Shown in pieces: positions 49,788 through 58,780 of a stretch of DNA of 64,000 bases; the stretch's first letter is position 1; every line of letters begins with the position of its first letter. The DNA is from a phage, in NCBI GenBank assembly GCA_018015315.1, contig GCA_018015315.1_3629.1; one strand, written 5' to 3'. Below the pieces are notes generated by a model. That model was given only the letters and a program-made list of their open reading frames with translations, did no database searches and was not told the DNA's origin. The position numbers and the translations under genes were made by a program.

Positions 49788-50162
49788 TTATTCCTGAACT
49801 TTGTTGCCTTTGGCTTCGAGAGCTTCCAGAACTGCAGCAGGTGCAGCTTCGCCGCTGGCTACTTTCAGGTGTTTTTTAGCGAAAGTAACGCCACGAACAG
49901 CAACGACTAATTTGTATTTCTGACCCACAGTCAGAGGCTCTGCCAGATTAACTTTGCCAGCAGAGTCCGGCAGAAGTGCACGGTCAACCAGAACACCAAA
50001 TGTGTCTGTACCATCTTTGTTAGCCAGAGTGCCAGTTTTGGTAACTACTGCGCCAGCAACGTGATCAGCAGTAAGGGTAATTTCAATCTCTTTAAAGTTG
50101 AAACCTGCATCGCTTGCATCTACTTTGCCGAGCACGATATCAGAATATTGAGTGGTGATCAT
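49788..50162 (-). CDS. putative head decoration / stabilisation protein
   Basis: 124-aa Ala/Val/Gly-rich protein immediately upstream of the capsid gene. Confidence 0.4.
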   Translation of the reverse strand: MITTQYSDIVLGKVDASDAGFNFKEIEITLTADHVAGAVVTKTGTLANKDGTDTFGVLVDRALLPDSAGKVNLAEPLTVGQKYKLVVAVRGVTFAKKHLKVASGEAAPAAVLEALEAKGNKVQE

Positions 50163-50183
50163 TATTTTCCCCTATTAAGCAGA

Positions 50184-51164
50184 TTATTTATTAGATTCTT
50201 TACGTGCACGAGCCAGAGCTTTAGCGACGTTTTCAGCAATAATATCTTCAGCAGATTTAGCAATGTCATCTACTACGACATCACCATCTTTGCCTTGCTC
50301 GGTGGTTGCGAACTCTTCTTTAGCTTTTTCAACTTTAGCTTCCAGTTCAGCAATACGAGCTTGAGCTTTTTCCAGCAATTCAACAACAGGAGCGTTAGCT
50401 TTATCCAGCATGAATTCGACCAGAGATGCGTGGTCTTCTTCAGTGGTGAAGCTTAACGCCTGAGCTTTTTCCAGCATTTTAGCTTTTTCAACTTCTACCT
50501 GAGCCTTGATGATTTCTTCAGCTTTTTCATTGGTAGCTTTCAGTTCTTCGAACTGTTTCAGCAGGTCCAGGTACTCTTGAGACTTGGTTACGTCTTCCAC
50601 CGGATTCTCCTCGGTATTTGCGGATTTATCAACATTGTCCACAGCGTCTGTAACAACTTCTTCTGTGGTTTCCTGCGCCGCTTTAATAAGTTTCCCTTCT
50701 TCATCGAAGAGATCAGCGGTCATCTGCTCAAAAACTTGTTGGGTTTTCAACAGAGTGTATTGGTCAACAATACTTAAATCTTTACCTTCTTTAGCAGCTT
50801 TGTGAATGGTTACGTTATCACAACGTTCTTCTAACCACTGCACACAAGCCTCTGCATCAGCCTGTGCCCACTCCCAATCTGGGTGTTCTTTTGCCCAAGC
50901 TTCTTCCTCAATCTCGAACCCAAGCAGGTGAGCCAGTGCCTTAGCATCGTCATACCACATATCGAAAAAACGACGCAGGTATTCTTCAAAACTGAGCTCC
51001 ACAGTAACTTGGCGAAGTGCCTTAACAATATCGTCTGTTAACTGCTCAGGCTTAAGATCGCTCTTCATTAAAAGAGATACAGGCCGATTGTTAGCGCTAT
51101 AGCCTTGCGCCTTATGGCACAGGGCAATACCCTTCTCTTTAATAGTGATTGTTTTTTCAGACAT
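50184..51164 (-). CDS. scaffolding protein
   Basis: 326 aa, highly acidic and Ala/Glu/Lys-rich; located between the protease-position gene and the capsid gene. Confidence 0.6.
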   Translation of the reverse strand: MSEKTITIKEKGIALCHKAQGYSANNRPVSLLMKSDLKPEQLTDDIVKALRQVTVELSFEEYLRRFFDMWYDDAKALAHLLGFEIEEEAWAKEHPDWEWAQADAEACVQWLEERCDNVTIHKAAKEGKDLSIVDQYTLLKTQQVFEQMTADLFDEEGKLIKAAQETTEEVVTDAVDNVDKSANTEENPVEDVTKSQEYLDLLKQFEELKATNEKAEEIIKAQVEVEKAKMLEKAQALSFTTEEDHASLVEFMLDKANAPVVELLEKAQARIAELEAKVEKAKEEFATTEQGKDGDVVVDDIAKSAEDIIAENVAKALARARKESNK

Positions 51165-51595
51165 TATTCATTGCCCTCTTCTACAACACTGATCCCGAAA
51201 TTTACATTGGTAATTTCGCCCGTCTCTTCATCAACATTACCTGTTGCCTGAATGCTTAGGCCACCAACAATGCCAGCCTTCTTAGCTTCCCATAATTCAG
51301 GATTATTGTATTTAACTTTAGCAACCCAAGAGCCAGCCTTGATGACCTGCTCAGTACCAATTACTACAACATCAAACTCTTCTTGAATCCACGTCTTTTC
51401 AATAGTGAAAGCATCTGTAGAGGTCAAGTGGAAAAGGTTTTCAGAAACTAGGCCTGCGGCGTATGCTGCGTCCCAATTATCTTTAGCCTTTTTGATGGTG
51501 TCTTTACTCATCCACTCACCGTGAGCGTCTTTAGTGTCCGGTTCGTAGATGATTTCGTAGGAAATCATTTCTTCCTGTGGCATCTTATTCCCCAT
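51164..51595 (-). CDS. putative prohead protease / head morphogenesis protein
   Basis: Sits in the portal-protease-scaffold position; the track ORF (start 51736) overlaps the portal gene by 85 nt, so an internal ATG start is assumed. No catalytic motif identified. Confidence 0.35.
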   Translation of the reverse strand: MGNKMPQEEMISYEIIYEPDTKDAHGEWMSKDTIKKAKDNWDAAYAAGLVSENLFHLTSTDAFTIEKTWIQEEFDVVVIGTEQVIKAGSWVAKVKYNNPELWEAKKAGIVGGLSIQATGNVDEETGEITNVNFGISVVEEGNE

Positions 51596-51650
51596 GTGGA
51601 TTATTTTATCACGCCAAAGGAGGTTTTGCAACCCCCTGTGTTGATAATTT

Positions 51651-53207
51651 TTAATTTTCCATGTTGGATATGGAATTATCTCTGGTTGATGACATCTTAG
51701 AAGTGCCGTTGCCAGCGGATCCTGCAGCCATTCCATCGCCAGCCCTACTGATGTCCTGGCCCAAGAGCTTCATTAGCTCTTCCTGATCCATGTCCTCGTC
51801 AAATCTTTCATCAAACCCACCTACTTCAAGAATCTTATTAATTACTGCAGGAGTTTTTGGCAAGTAACCTACAGCACCGATCCTCTGGACAAACTTGGAG
51901 AAGCTCTCCATGTCCACCTCTTCAATCAGGCCAGGTTTCAGTTTAGGCATATCATCATCTTCAAGGATGATACCATTCAATGCCAGAAGCTGTGGAATAA
52001 GATCTTTATTGAAGGCCTCAGTGATAATATCTATATCACGCTGAACAAAATGACCATGGATAGACTGTTTTGACTCAGACAGAGAGAAGGATCCGACGTT
52101 ATCGTTACCGAGGTTAATAAAGCCAGCACCGAAACGGTCAAGAATCGCCTTCTTACGGGCATCAATCAAATCTTTAGTTGAATACTGCTTGCCCATACCG
52201 TCAACCCCCTTCAGGGTCATGGAGTAAAGCTCTTTACCAGACTTATCTCTATCAGACGGAAGTATAAAGAAACTTTGCTCCCCACTATGGGCGTTTGCTG
52301 CGTCAAGCATAAGATCTGCAACCATTCTCCCTTCCATTGAATTCGGGTCAATACTGGCCTTGTTCAAAATATTGGAAGGAATTTTCAGCTCAAGCACACC
52401 ACCAAGGTCTTTGGAACAGCCAACAACCTCAAGGTTTTCAATCAAAACTTTCTCACGGAAAGATCTGTAGCAACCTATCATCGGTGACACACCTGCAGGG
52501 TTAGATTCTGTTCCTGACAGAGTCATGAGCATAAGCTTTTTAGCAGGGATGAAAATTTCAGGCTCATTAAAGCCTTTTGAAGGCATTGCAGCGAGAGGAC
52601 CAGCCCAGCGTGCATTCTGCGTGTTTAGAAATGCATTAGGTGATTGATAAATACCTGTCAGTGTTCTACTATTCTTGTCAAAGACAAACGGCTCTGATCT
52701 GGACAAACTGGCCTGTGGTCGGAACGCAATCTTATCAATAAGAAGCATCCCGGCGTATTTACCTTCTTTCTCTCTGCGGTATACTTTCTCAAACAGTGAA
52801 AAACCATACTCGTTAAAGGTAGCTGCGCTTCTTGCAATATCTCGAAGAGTTTGTTGGTTTGCCAAATTACGCAAAGAATACTCTATAAGCTCGGCAGCTT
52901 TCTTAGAGTCTTCACTTTTAACATTATAAAGGATCTTAAAATCATTAAATGCTTTCGTGATGAAAACATATTTTGTATCTAAGGCAGTAGCAACTGTGGA
53001 ATCACATTTCATAGTCTCCACTGTGGCAATCAGTTGAGGCCAACGCAATTCCTCAACCATCATAGATTGTGATTCTGCCATAATTTGGGAAAGTGCGCCA
53101 GAACCGATCTCACTCATACGAACATTATGAGTTGGTGCGCCTGCGTTCCCAGATTTATTCACAGTTTTGGCTGTGGCGTTGTGTTTCCTGCGGTTCTTTT
53201 TGGACAC
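51651..53207 (-). CDS. portal protein
   Basis: 518 aa, immediately downstream of the terminase large subunit gene; basic N-terminus and acidic C-terminus. Confidence 0.65.
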   Translation of the reverse strand: MSKKNRRKHNATAKTVNKSGNAGAPTHNVRMSEIGSGALSQIMAESQSMMVEELRWPQLIATVETMKCDSTVATALDTKYVFITKAFNDFKILYNVKSEDSKKAAELIEYSLRNLANQQTLRDIARSAATFNEYGFSLFEKVYRREKEGKYAGMLLIDKIAFRPQASLSRSEPFVFDKNSRTLTGIYQSPNAFLNTQNARWAGPLAAMPSKGFNEPEIFIPAKKLMLMTLSGTESNPAGVSPMIGCYRSFREKVLIENLEVVGCSKDLGGVLELKIPSNILNKASIDPNSMEGRMVADLMLDAANAHSGEQSFFILPSDRDKSGKELYSMTLKGVDGMGKQYSTKDLIDARKKAILDRFGAGFINLGNDNVGSFSLSESKQSIHGHFVQRDIDIITEAFNKDLIPQLLALNGIILEDDDMPKLKPGLIEEVDMESFSKFVQRIGAVGYLPKTPAVINKILEVGGFDERFDEDMDQEELMKLLGQDISRAGDGMAAGSAGNGTSKMSSTRDNSISNMEN

Positions 53208-53309
53208 AAGCTTTACCCCTCAAAACAGTATAACAAAATAGCCCTCGTGTTAGAGGGCTAGTATCTCCGATTAATCTATTCTACCACATCTAATTAAGAT
53301 TGGCAACAC

Positions 53310-54857
53310 TTAGATAAAACGCTTGAACATAGAAGGTGATGAGATTGATGGAATCACACAAGGAAGTGCTACCTCCTCTTTCTCCAGGAAATTAATTGCA
53401 GAAGCTACACAGTCAGCCCAGTCGTCTTTTCTGTTAAATGTTGATCTTTCCCCGTTGAATTTTTCAAGTTCGGTCAGAAATGCTTCCAGAGTATCAGGAT
53501 GGAAACTGGATTTTACAATCCTCACCATCCCTTGTTGGGCAAGATTGGCAAAAGGTGAGAACCTTGTCAGTTTAGACTTGTTGGAAGGCATTGGGTCTTC
53601 TTCAACCCTGAACCCTTCTGCGAGCAAGGATCTGGATGAGGTTAAGAACTCACTCTTACCTGCCTGACCAGGGTCCACAGAGAATACGATTATACAATCA
53701 TCACCATCAAACTGCGCCTGTTTCCTGATGATCACATCTCGTTCACCAGCCTTTTTACAGAACTTGCCTTCCAGACCTGTGGAATACCTCCCGTCATCCA
53801 CGTTTTCAGGACAATAATCCCCTGACAGGTAATAAAATCCGTCGCTATCTTTACTTACCTTAACACTGGCGGTAAAGTCAGGAAATTTATTACCGGAAGT
53901 TCTCTCGGTTCCTGCCTTATCCCATGCCCTGCAAGATACTGATCCAAGGGGTACTCTATCGGCATCACGAAGGAAAGATCTTTGAAAATAGTTTGCACCC
54001 TCAGGCTTTGCAAACCAGTTACCATGGAGAAGCTGAGCTTTTTCCAGCTCTGGTAGACCTTCGAGGAAAGCAAGGTATTCTGGGTTGTCTCTCAAACAGA
54101 CAGGATTATCGAATATTGTTGCGCCTATGAACGAGAATGACAACGGTCTTGGCTTGATCTCCACACCCAGTCCGTTAACCGTGGTGTATTTCTCTATCAA
54201 CTCTTCCTTAGAGTCTCCCCAAATAAATTCACCGTCGCGTCGGATAAAATATCTTTTCTTACCACATTTCTCCGGATCTGGATACCCTTCATCGTCCAAC
54301 CACCATCTAACCAGTTTGGCAAGCATGTGTTCTGAATCAGGGTTACAGCTGATAACCATCCTTGATGGATACTTTGACTGAGATCGCAGACGAGACATCA
54401 GGTAGTCTATCTGCTCCCATTCGAACTGCGTGCCCTCATCGAAGCAAACCATGGTGTACTCAAGCCCCTGATGGTTAAGCTTATCTTGTACATACTCCAT
54501 GTGGCAGTATTTTACAACAGCTCCCTTTTTGCTTCTATCCCACTTGCCAGTGCTCGGATCAAACCGTGGAAAAATGAACTTATGATCCTTCTCTCTAAAC
54601 TTTGGCTTAATGTTTTCAGGCAGATCACTATAAATAGCTACTGCTTTAGGCCATAGTCCACCCTCACCTTCCAACTGCGGGGTTGTTCTTCGGAACATAA
54701 CCACAGAGCTGTGGGGGTCATCAATAATTTTAAGCGGCATCAACTGCAAGAGGAACGACTTGCCAGACCCTGCGGCACCGCCGATTACCAAAATATCTGC
54801 ATCGTTTTCGAGGATCATCTTCTGCTTTTCAGAACACGGTCCGTAAATCTTAGACAT
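53310..54857 (-). CDS. terL: terminase large subunit
   Basis: Walker A (VIGGAAGSGKS) near the N-terminus, Walker B-like hhhhDE (MVCFDEG), acidic C-terminal nuclease-like domain; 515 aa. Confidence 0.85.
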   Translation of the reverse strand: MSKIYGPCSEKQKMILENDADILVIGGAAGSGKSFLLQLMPLKIIDDPHSSVVMFRRTTPQLEGEGGLWPKAVAIYSDLPENIKPKFREKDHKFIFPRFDPSTGKWDRSKKGAVVKYCHMEYVQDKLNHQGLEYTMVCFDEGTQFEWEQIDYLMSRLRSQSKYPSRMVISCNPDSEHMLAKLVRWWLDDEGYPDPEKCGKKRYFIRRDGEFIWGDSKEELIEKYTTVNGLGVEIKPRPLSFSFIGATIFDNPVCLRDNPEYLAFLEGLPELEKAQLLHGNWFAKPEGANYFQRSFLRDADRVPLGSVSCRAWDKAGTERTSGNKFPDFTASVKVSKDSDGFYYLSGDYCPENVDDGRYSTGLEGKFCKKAGERDVIIRKQAQFDGDDCIIVFSVDPGQAGKSEFLTSSRSLLAEGFRVEEDPMPSNKSKLTRFSPFANLAQQGMVRIVKSSFHPDTLEAFLTELEKFNGERSTFNRKDDWADCVASAINFLEKEEVALPCVIPSISSPSMFKRFI

Positions 54858-55144
54858 TAACCTCTCTCCTTTGGAAACAGTGTTCTAATATAGTCTTGCA
54901 AAATGATCAATTTAGCTCTATCATTGCTACAAGACAAATTATTATCCCTCATAATGCCAGAATTTACTGCATCTGGAGCACCTTTCTTCAAAGGCATAGC
55001 TTTAGCAGGTGGTTTCATGGCACCTTCCGGGGGTTTAACAATCAACCTTCCTACATCTGGAGGGTCAATCTTGTATTCTCTCTCAACGCTGGTTGCACAC
55101 CCACATAATAACAAGCACACAATAAACAGTGTAGCAACTCTCAT
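54857..55144 (-). CDS. o-spanin (Rz1-like outer-membrane lipoprotein)
   Basis: 95 aa; signal peptide with lipobox LLLCGC; Pro-rich mature part; overlaps the i-spanin stop by 4 nt. Confidence 0.6.
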   Translation of the reverse strand: MRVATLFIVCLLLCGCATSVEREYKIDPPDVGRLIVKPPEGAMKPPAKAMPLKKGAPDAVNSGIMRDNNLSCSNDRAKLIILQDYIRTLFPKERG

Positions 55145-55539
55145 CTACCCTCCTGATTAATACTCTCATTATAAATATCTATAAGCTGATCAGGGAGTGT
55201 TGACTTCTTACCCTCAGGTGACTGGAGGTAAATAATCTGCTTTTCTTTACCTGCCTTCTCAGCCATATTTAATTTATCCTGTAGATCAGAAAGGGATTTT
55301 TCAAGGTTTTTAACCTCCTCTGCGTGGCCCATTTTAATTTTGTCGGCCTGCTTTTGTTGCTGATCAAGGATCCGTTCCCACTTTAACTCTGTTGCTGACA
55401 CACCTTCTTGGTAGGCATCATTAAGCTTAGAGTTAAACCAATACACGGCCCCAAGATAAGCTGTACCTATCGCAGCTGCAAAAACTAAACCTTTTATGAT
55501 CCCTCTATACCTGCTCAGCCATGTTAAAACTGAAATCAT
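55141..55539 (-). CDS. i-spanin (Rz-like)
   Basis: 132 aa; N-terminal TM helix (GLVFAAAIGTAYLGAVYWF) followed by coiled-coil-like charged sequence. Confidence 0.6.
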   Translation of the reverse strand: MISVLTWLSRYRGIIKGLVFAAAIGTAYLGAVYWFNSKLNDAYQEGVSATELKWERILDQQQKQADKIKMGHAEEVKNLEKSLSDLQDKLNMAEKAGKEKQIIYLQSPEGKKSTLPDQLIDIYNESINQEGR

Positions 55540-55554
55540 TTTAAGGCTCCAGAA

Positions 55555-55590
55555 ACGAAAAAACCCCGCAGCTATACAGCTAACGGGGCG
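55555..55590 (-). terminator. rho-independent terminator
   Basis: CCCCG...CGGGG stem with structured loop, followed by UUUUUU. Confidence 0.5.
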
Positions 55591-55644
55591 GGTTAAAATT
55601 GAGTAACCTAAATAGATCGAAACTAACTAAAAGGAGACTAATAC

Positions 55645-55914
55645 TTATCGAGGCACTCGGTGGATGATTCTAACAGTAACTGCATTTTCATTCATCAAGT
55701 ATGCATCTACATCTCTGTAAATATAAAACTTCTGCTCACTATCAACAACACAAGCTACCGCCCCTTCAGAGTTGTCTTCAAAAAAGACCACCACTGCATC
55801 GCAGCTGAGTTCATGATATGACTCTCGAAGATTTACAGCCAGAGGATTGAAATCGTCACGAAAATCTACGGTATGGGTTGGATTTACACGCTCTACAATT
55901 TTAAGTGTATACAT
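55645..55914 (-). CDS. hypothetical protein
   Basis: Start set at the internal ATG (MYTLKIVERV); the longer track ORF would overlap tRNA-Pro. Confidence 0.45.
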   Translation of the reverse strand: MYTLKIVERVNPTHTVDFRDDFNPLAVNLRESYHELSCDAVVVFFEDNSEGAVACVVDSEQKFYIYRDVDAYLMNENAVTVRIIHRVPR

Positions 55915-55960
55915 TTTAAAGGTTCCTTTTGTTTGTATATGTTTAAAGTATAACTGAAAG

Positions 55961-56037
55961 TGGTCTCCACGGAGTGATTCGAACACTCGACCTCCTGATC
56001 CCAAATCAGGCGCTCTACCAAGCTGAGCTACGCGGAG
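55961..56037 (-). tRNA. tRNA-Pro (anticodon UGG)
   Basis: Hand-folded cloverleaf: acceptor CTCCGCG/CGTGGAG, D-stem GCTC/GAGC, anticodon stem CCTGA/TCAGG, loop TTTGGGA, T-arm GAGTG-TTCGAAT-CACTC, CCA encoded. Confidence 0.75.
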
Positions 56038-56048
56038 TATTTACTATT

Positions 56049-56123
56049 TGGTGGCCCTGGGTGGAATTGAACCACCGTCTGGCGATTATGAGTCGCTTGC
56101 TTGAACCTTCCAGCTACAGGGCC
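56049..56123 (-). tRNA. tRNA-Met (anticodon CAU; could be Ile-lysidine type)
   Basis: Acceptor GGCCCTG/CAGGGCC, anticodon loop CTCATAA, T-arm GGTGG-TTCAATT-CCACC, CCA encoded; D-stem only 3 bp. Confidence 0.65.
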
Positions 56124-56124
56124 T

Positions 56125-56200
56125 TGGTGCTGATGGCAGGACTTGAACCTGCAACATATTGATTACAAATCAATTGCACTACCAATTGTGCTACATCAGC
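56125..56200 (-). tRNA. tRNA-Thr (anticodon UGU)
   Basis: Perfect cloverleaf: acceptor GCTGATG/CATCAGC, D-stem GCAC/GTGC, anticodon stem ATTGA/TCAAT, loop TTTGTAA, T-arm GCAGG-TTCAAGT-CCTGC, CCA. Confidence 0.8.
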
Positions 56201-56205
56201 AAAAA

Positions 56206-56304
56206 GGTGCTAGGTGATGGAATCGAACCATCTATGTATTCAACGACTACCTCGTCTATTTTCAGGATTAAAAATCCTCGCCCTTGCCAAAGGGCTTACC
56301 TAGC
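56206..56304 (-). tRNA. atypical tRNA-like gene (possible anticodon UUU, ~30-nt extra region)
   Basis: Perfect acceptor (GCTAGGT/ACCTAGC), D-arm (GCCC-TTTGGCAA-GGGC) and T-arm (GATGG-TTCGATT-CCATC), but 4-bp anticodon stem and an unusually long region before the T-arm. Confidence 0.4.
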
Positions 56305-56402
56305 TCAGTATGTTGACCATGTTGCTAGTCGGCGATGACGACTGTAACATTTGATAATCCGGTTCTGCTTCCGGCTTTCGCTTAATTACAAGGTCAACAA
56401 TG

Positions 56403-56493
56403 TGGCAGAGGATAATGGAATCGAACCATCATCGAGTCATCCTCAACGGGACGGTTTTCAAGACCGCTTGAGCACCATTGCTCCCTACCCTCT
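56403..56493 (-). tRNA. tRNA-Ser (anticodon UGA), long variable arm
   Basis: Anticodon arm GCGGT-CTTGAAA-ACCGT, variable-arm hairpin, T-arm GATGG-TTCGATT-CCATT, acceptor AGAGGGT/ATCCTCT with one G-U pair, CCA encoded; D-arm spacing unusual. Confidence 0.6.
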
Positions 56494-56610
56494 TTTATTA
56501 TAAACAATACTGATAATGACACTGATTTTCGAGCAGTTAGTGACTAGTATAAACGACGATAAATACCAATGCCATTATCTGTATGATTTATGCATCTAAA
56601 AATATAAATT

Positions 56611-56697
56611 TGGTGGGGAGTGGTGGAGTCGAACCACCCGAGTCGCAATGACAATAGATTTACAGTCTACACCGCTACCTCTACGGGATAACTCCCC
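56611..56697 (-). tRNA. tRNA-Tyr (anticodon GUA), long variable arm
   Basis: Acceptor GGGGAGT/ACTCCCC, anticodon arm GTAGA-CTGTAAA-TCTAT, T-arm GGTGG-TTCGACT-CCACC, CCA encoded. Confidence 0.7.
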
Positions 56698-56701
56698 AAT
56701 T

Positions 56702-56776
56702 TGGCACCCCGTACTGGACTCGAACCAGTGTCAACGGCTTAGAAGGCCGCTGCTTTATCCACTAAGCTAACAGGGC
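56702..56776 (-). tRNA. tRNA-Arg (anticodon UCU)
   Basis: D-stem GCTT/AAGC, anticodon arm GCGGC-CTTCTAA-GCCGT, T-arm ACTGG-TTCGAGT-CCAGT, CCA encoded. Confidence 0.75.
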
Positions 56777-56872
56777 ACTGGGTGGCTTTCTTTTACACCT
56801 TAGCCGCCAGAAAAGGTGGGAGACCATGTTTACAATATTACACTGTTAAGCAAAGTTTGTCAAGAAAATATT

Positions 56873-57211
56873 TTAGCTATTGCTAACAGGCTGTATTTCT
56901 GTGGTGAATGGCATAAAAGGTGCTGGTTTTTCAGCCTCTTCTACTACCACCTCTTCCTCTTCACCAAACATCTCATCATATTCTTCCTGCATTCGGTCTG
57001 CCTTATCAAGAACATACTCTGCAATGCTTTGACGAATATTTTGTTTGGTTTTCGGGTCCAACATCAGCTCTCTTAGAACTTTGTGAGCTTCTGGAACCAT
57101 CGCTATAAAAGATTCCTTCATATCAAGGATGTTCTTCTCTAGCTGAATGGCGTTGGACTCCTCTTTCAGAGGTCTGCCTCTACGGCGACGCTTTTTAGTT
57201 GTATCCGCCAT
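56873..57211 (-). CDS. small protein with basic N-terminus and acidic C-terminus
   Basis: Start at the internal ATG (MADTTKKRRRRGRP) with GGAGG RBS, 25 bp downstream of a consensus promoter. Confidence 0.55.
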   Translation of the reverse strand: MADTTKKRRRRGRPLKEESNAIQLEKNILDMKESFIAMVPEAHKVLRELMLDPKTKQNIRQSIAEYVLDKADRMQEEYDEMFGEEEEVVVEEAEKPAPFMPFTTEIQPVSNS

Positions 57212-57239
57212 GTTTCCTCCATTATCACGTGATAGGTGG

Positions 57240-57268
57240 ATTTTATCATAGCAAATACTGATTGTCAA
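57240..57268 (-). promoter_or_regulatory. near-consensus sigma70 promoter
   Basis: Minus strand: TTGACA (57263-57268), 17-bp spacer, TAAAAT (57240-57245). Confidence 0.6.
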
Positions 57269-57555
57269 GTTCGCCGCAGGGTGGTATTCCCTGCGACTTG
57301 TCCAGCGTCCTGGACCAGCAAGACCCAACAAGTGGGTTACCAGAGCCCATTACCGCGCTTTGGCTAGACCTTATTACAGGTTGGCTGGGGTCACATCGTC
57401 ATGTGCTGGCTGCCCCTACCATTTTAAGTGTGGTGCACTATCAAGCTCTCTAAGGGGAACTCAGCCTTCTCCGAACCCTGTTTCAAAGCATCCGGAGATA
57501 AAGCCATCAAATTCATCTTTAAATTGGATATTCATCATGATACACGAAAACAACC

Positions 57556-57798
57556 TCATTGTAAAGCACAAATAAATAAAACATACTTAATTTGTTTGTT
57601 ATCAGGCTCAGGGTAGAAGTAGAAGATCTTGCTATCACCGATCTGAACACCACCATCCCAACAGCATAGCCCATAACCCGTATTCATACAAGCTAAGTCG
57701 TTGGCAAAATCTATTGCATCATCCAGTGCACGAAATTCACCTTCATCTTCTAAATAATCCTCATTCATGGAACGAAAAACGAGCTTAACCTTAAACAT
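57556..57798 (-). CDS. hypothetical protein
   Basis: 80-aa ORF. Confidence 0.45.
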   Translation of the reverse strand: MFKVKLVFRSMNEDYLEDEGEFRALDDAIDFANDLACMNTGYGLCCWDGGVQIGDSKIFYFYPEPDNKQIKYVLFICALQ

Positions 57799-57874
57799 AG
57801 CATTACCTGTAGACCTCGTAAGTTAAAATTGTATCACATCATATTGCAGATCTTATCAGGTAACATTATTTTTG

Positions 57875-58084
57875 TCAACAGATTCCGGCCTTATCTCGCC
57901 TGTCTGTGTATTCTTTAATCGCAACCTCATCTGCATTAGTGACCAGGTCTTCAAAGTAACTCTCAAGCTCCTCGTCAATGTCAGGAGACCAGCCCTTTTT
58001 CCTGTCAGTGTGAATCGCAGACTTGTTAAACTTAGTACAGTTCTTTGCTACCGGATTGTTCATTAAGCACCCCTCAGCGTTCAT
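57875..58084 (-). CDS. hypothetical protein
   Basis: 69-aa ORF overlapping the upstream gene end by 11 nt. Confidence 0.4.
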   Translation of the reverse strand: MNAEGCLMNNPVAKNCTKFNKSAIHTDRKKGWSPDIDEELESYFEDLVTNADEVAIKEYTDRRDKAGIC

Positions 58085-58652
58085 AGTAAATCTTATTTAA
58101 CATTACCTCATCCTTTGCAGAAAGGATATCTAGATATGCATCACCGAATCTACCTGCAACAACCTCTGCATGATACATCACTTCGTTAATATCGTCAAGA
58201 GTGATAACTGGATGACCGTATCTCTCTGAGTATTGTCTCAGAGTGCGATGTAGGGAGTCATCATCATAGGCAGACTTTTTAATATCACAAACACGACGAA
58301 TAGCCTTGATGTCGAAAAACCCTGTACGATACCAACCAAGAAAAAGGTTTCGTGCAGTGTCAACATCTACATCAATACCATTAAGAACCTTATCTACAAG
58401 ATAGCTGTCATCCTTTGGACCAGCTTCCTTAGTGCGAATGTAGTTGCCATCTTTTCCAGGTGACATCTCCTTCTCATCACCAACCTGCATGCCATCATTT
58501 GGCGGTGTTAGCCACTTATCCGGATGCTTACGATCACGAGCGTTAGAATGATTACGCTGGAAACCAGGCTTCCACTTGAAAGTTTTCTCCATCTGTTCTT
58601 CATTCTGATAACGTTTTGCAATCTTTTCACGGTCATCTTTGCGTGAACCCAT
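58074..58652 (-). CDS. hypothetical protein
   Basis: 192-aa ORF with GAGGAGG RBS. Confidence 0.55.
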   Translation of the reverse strand: MGSRKDDREKIAKRYQNEEQMEKTFKWKPGFQRNHSNARDRKHPDKWLTPPNDGMQVGDEKEMSPGKDGNYIRTKEAGPKDDSYLVDKVLNGIDVDVDTARNLFLGWYRTGFFDIKAIRRVCDIKKSAYDDDSLHRTLRQYSERYGHPVITLDDINEVMYHAEVVAGRFGDAYLDILSAKDEVMLNKIYYER

Positions 58653-58780
58653 AGCTGCCTCCTCTTCAAGTTATAGAAAAACTCACTGTATCACTTTGTA
58701 ACGAGCTTTTCTATCAAACTGGTGCGATTGCATTACCTGGTATAGTTTATATAGCTGTGGAGCGATTTAGGGGCCTTCTT

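Noticed and set aside
55645-56004. Long form of the ORF overlapping tRNA-Pro
   Set aside because: The N-terminal extension would run through the tRNA gene; the internal ATG at 55914 is used instead.
56873-57331. Long form (152 aa) of the ORF extending into the promoter region
   Set aside because: The extension covers the TTGACA/TAAAAT promoter and has no RBS; the internal ATG with GGAGG is used.
57262-57616. Three overlapping plus-strand ORFs (57262..57453, 57360..57575, 57428..57616)
   Set aside because: Mutually overlapping in different frames within a GC-rich intergenic region, with no RBS.
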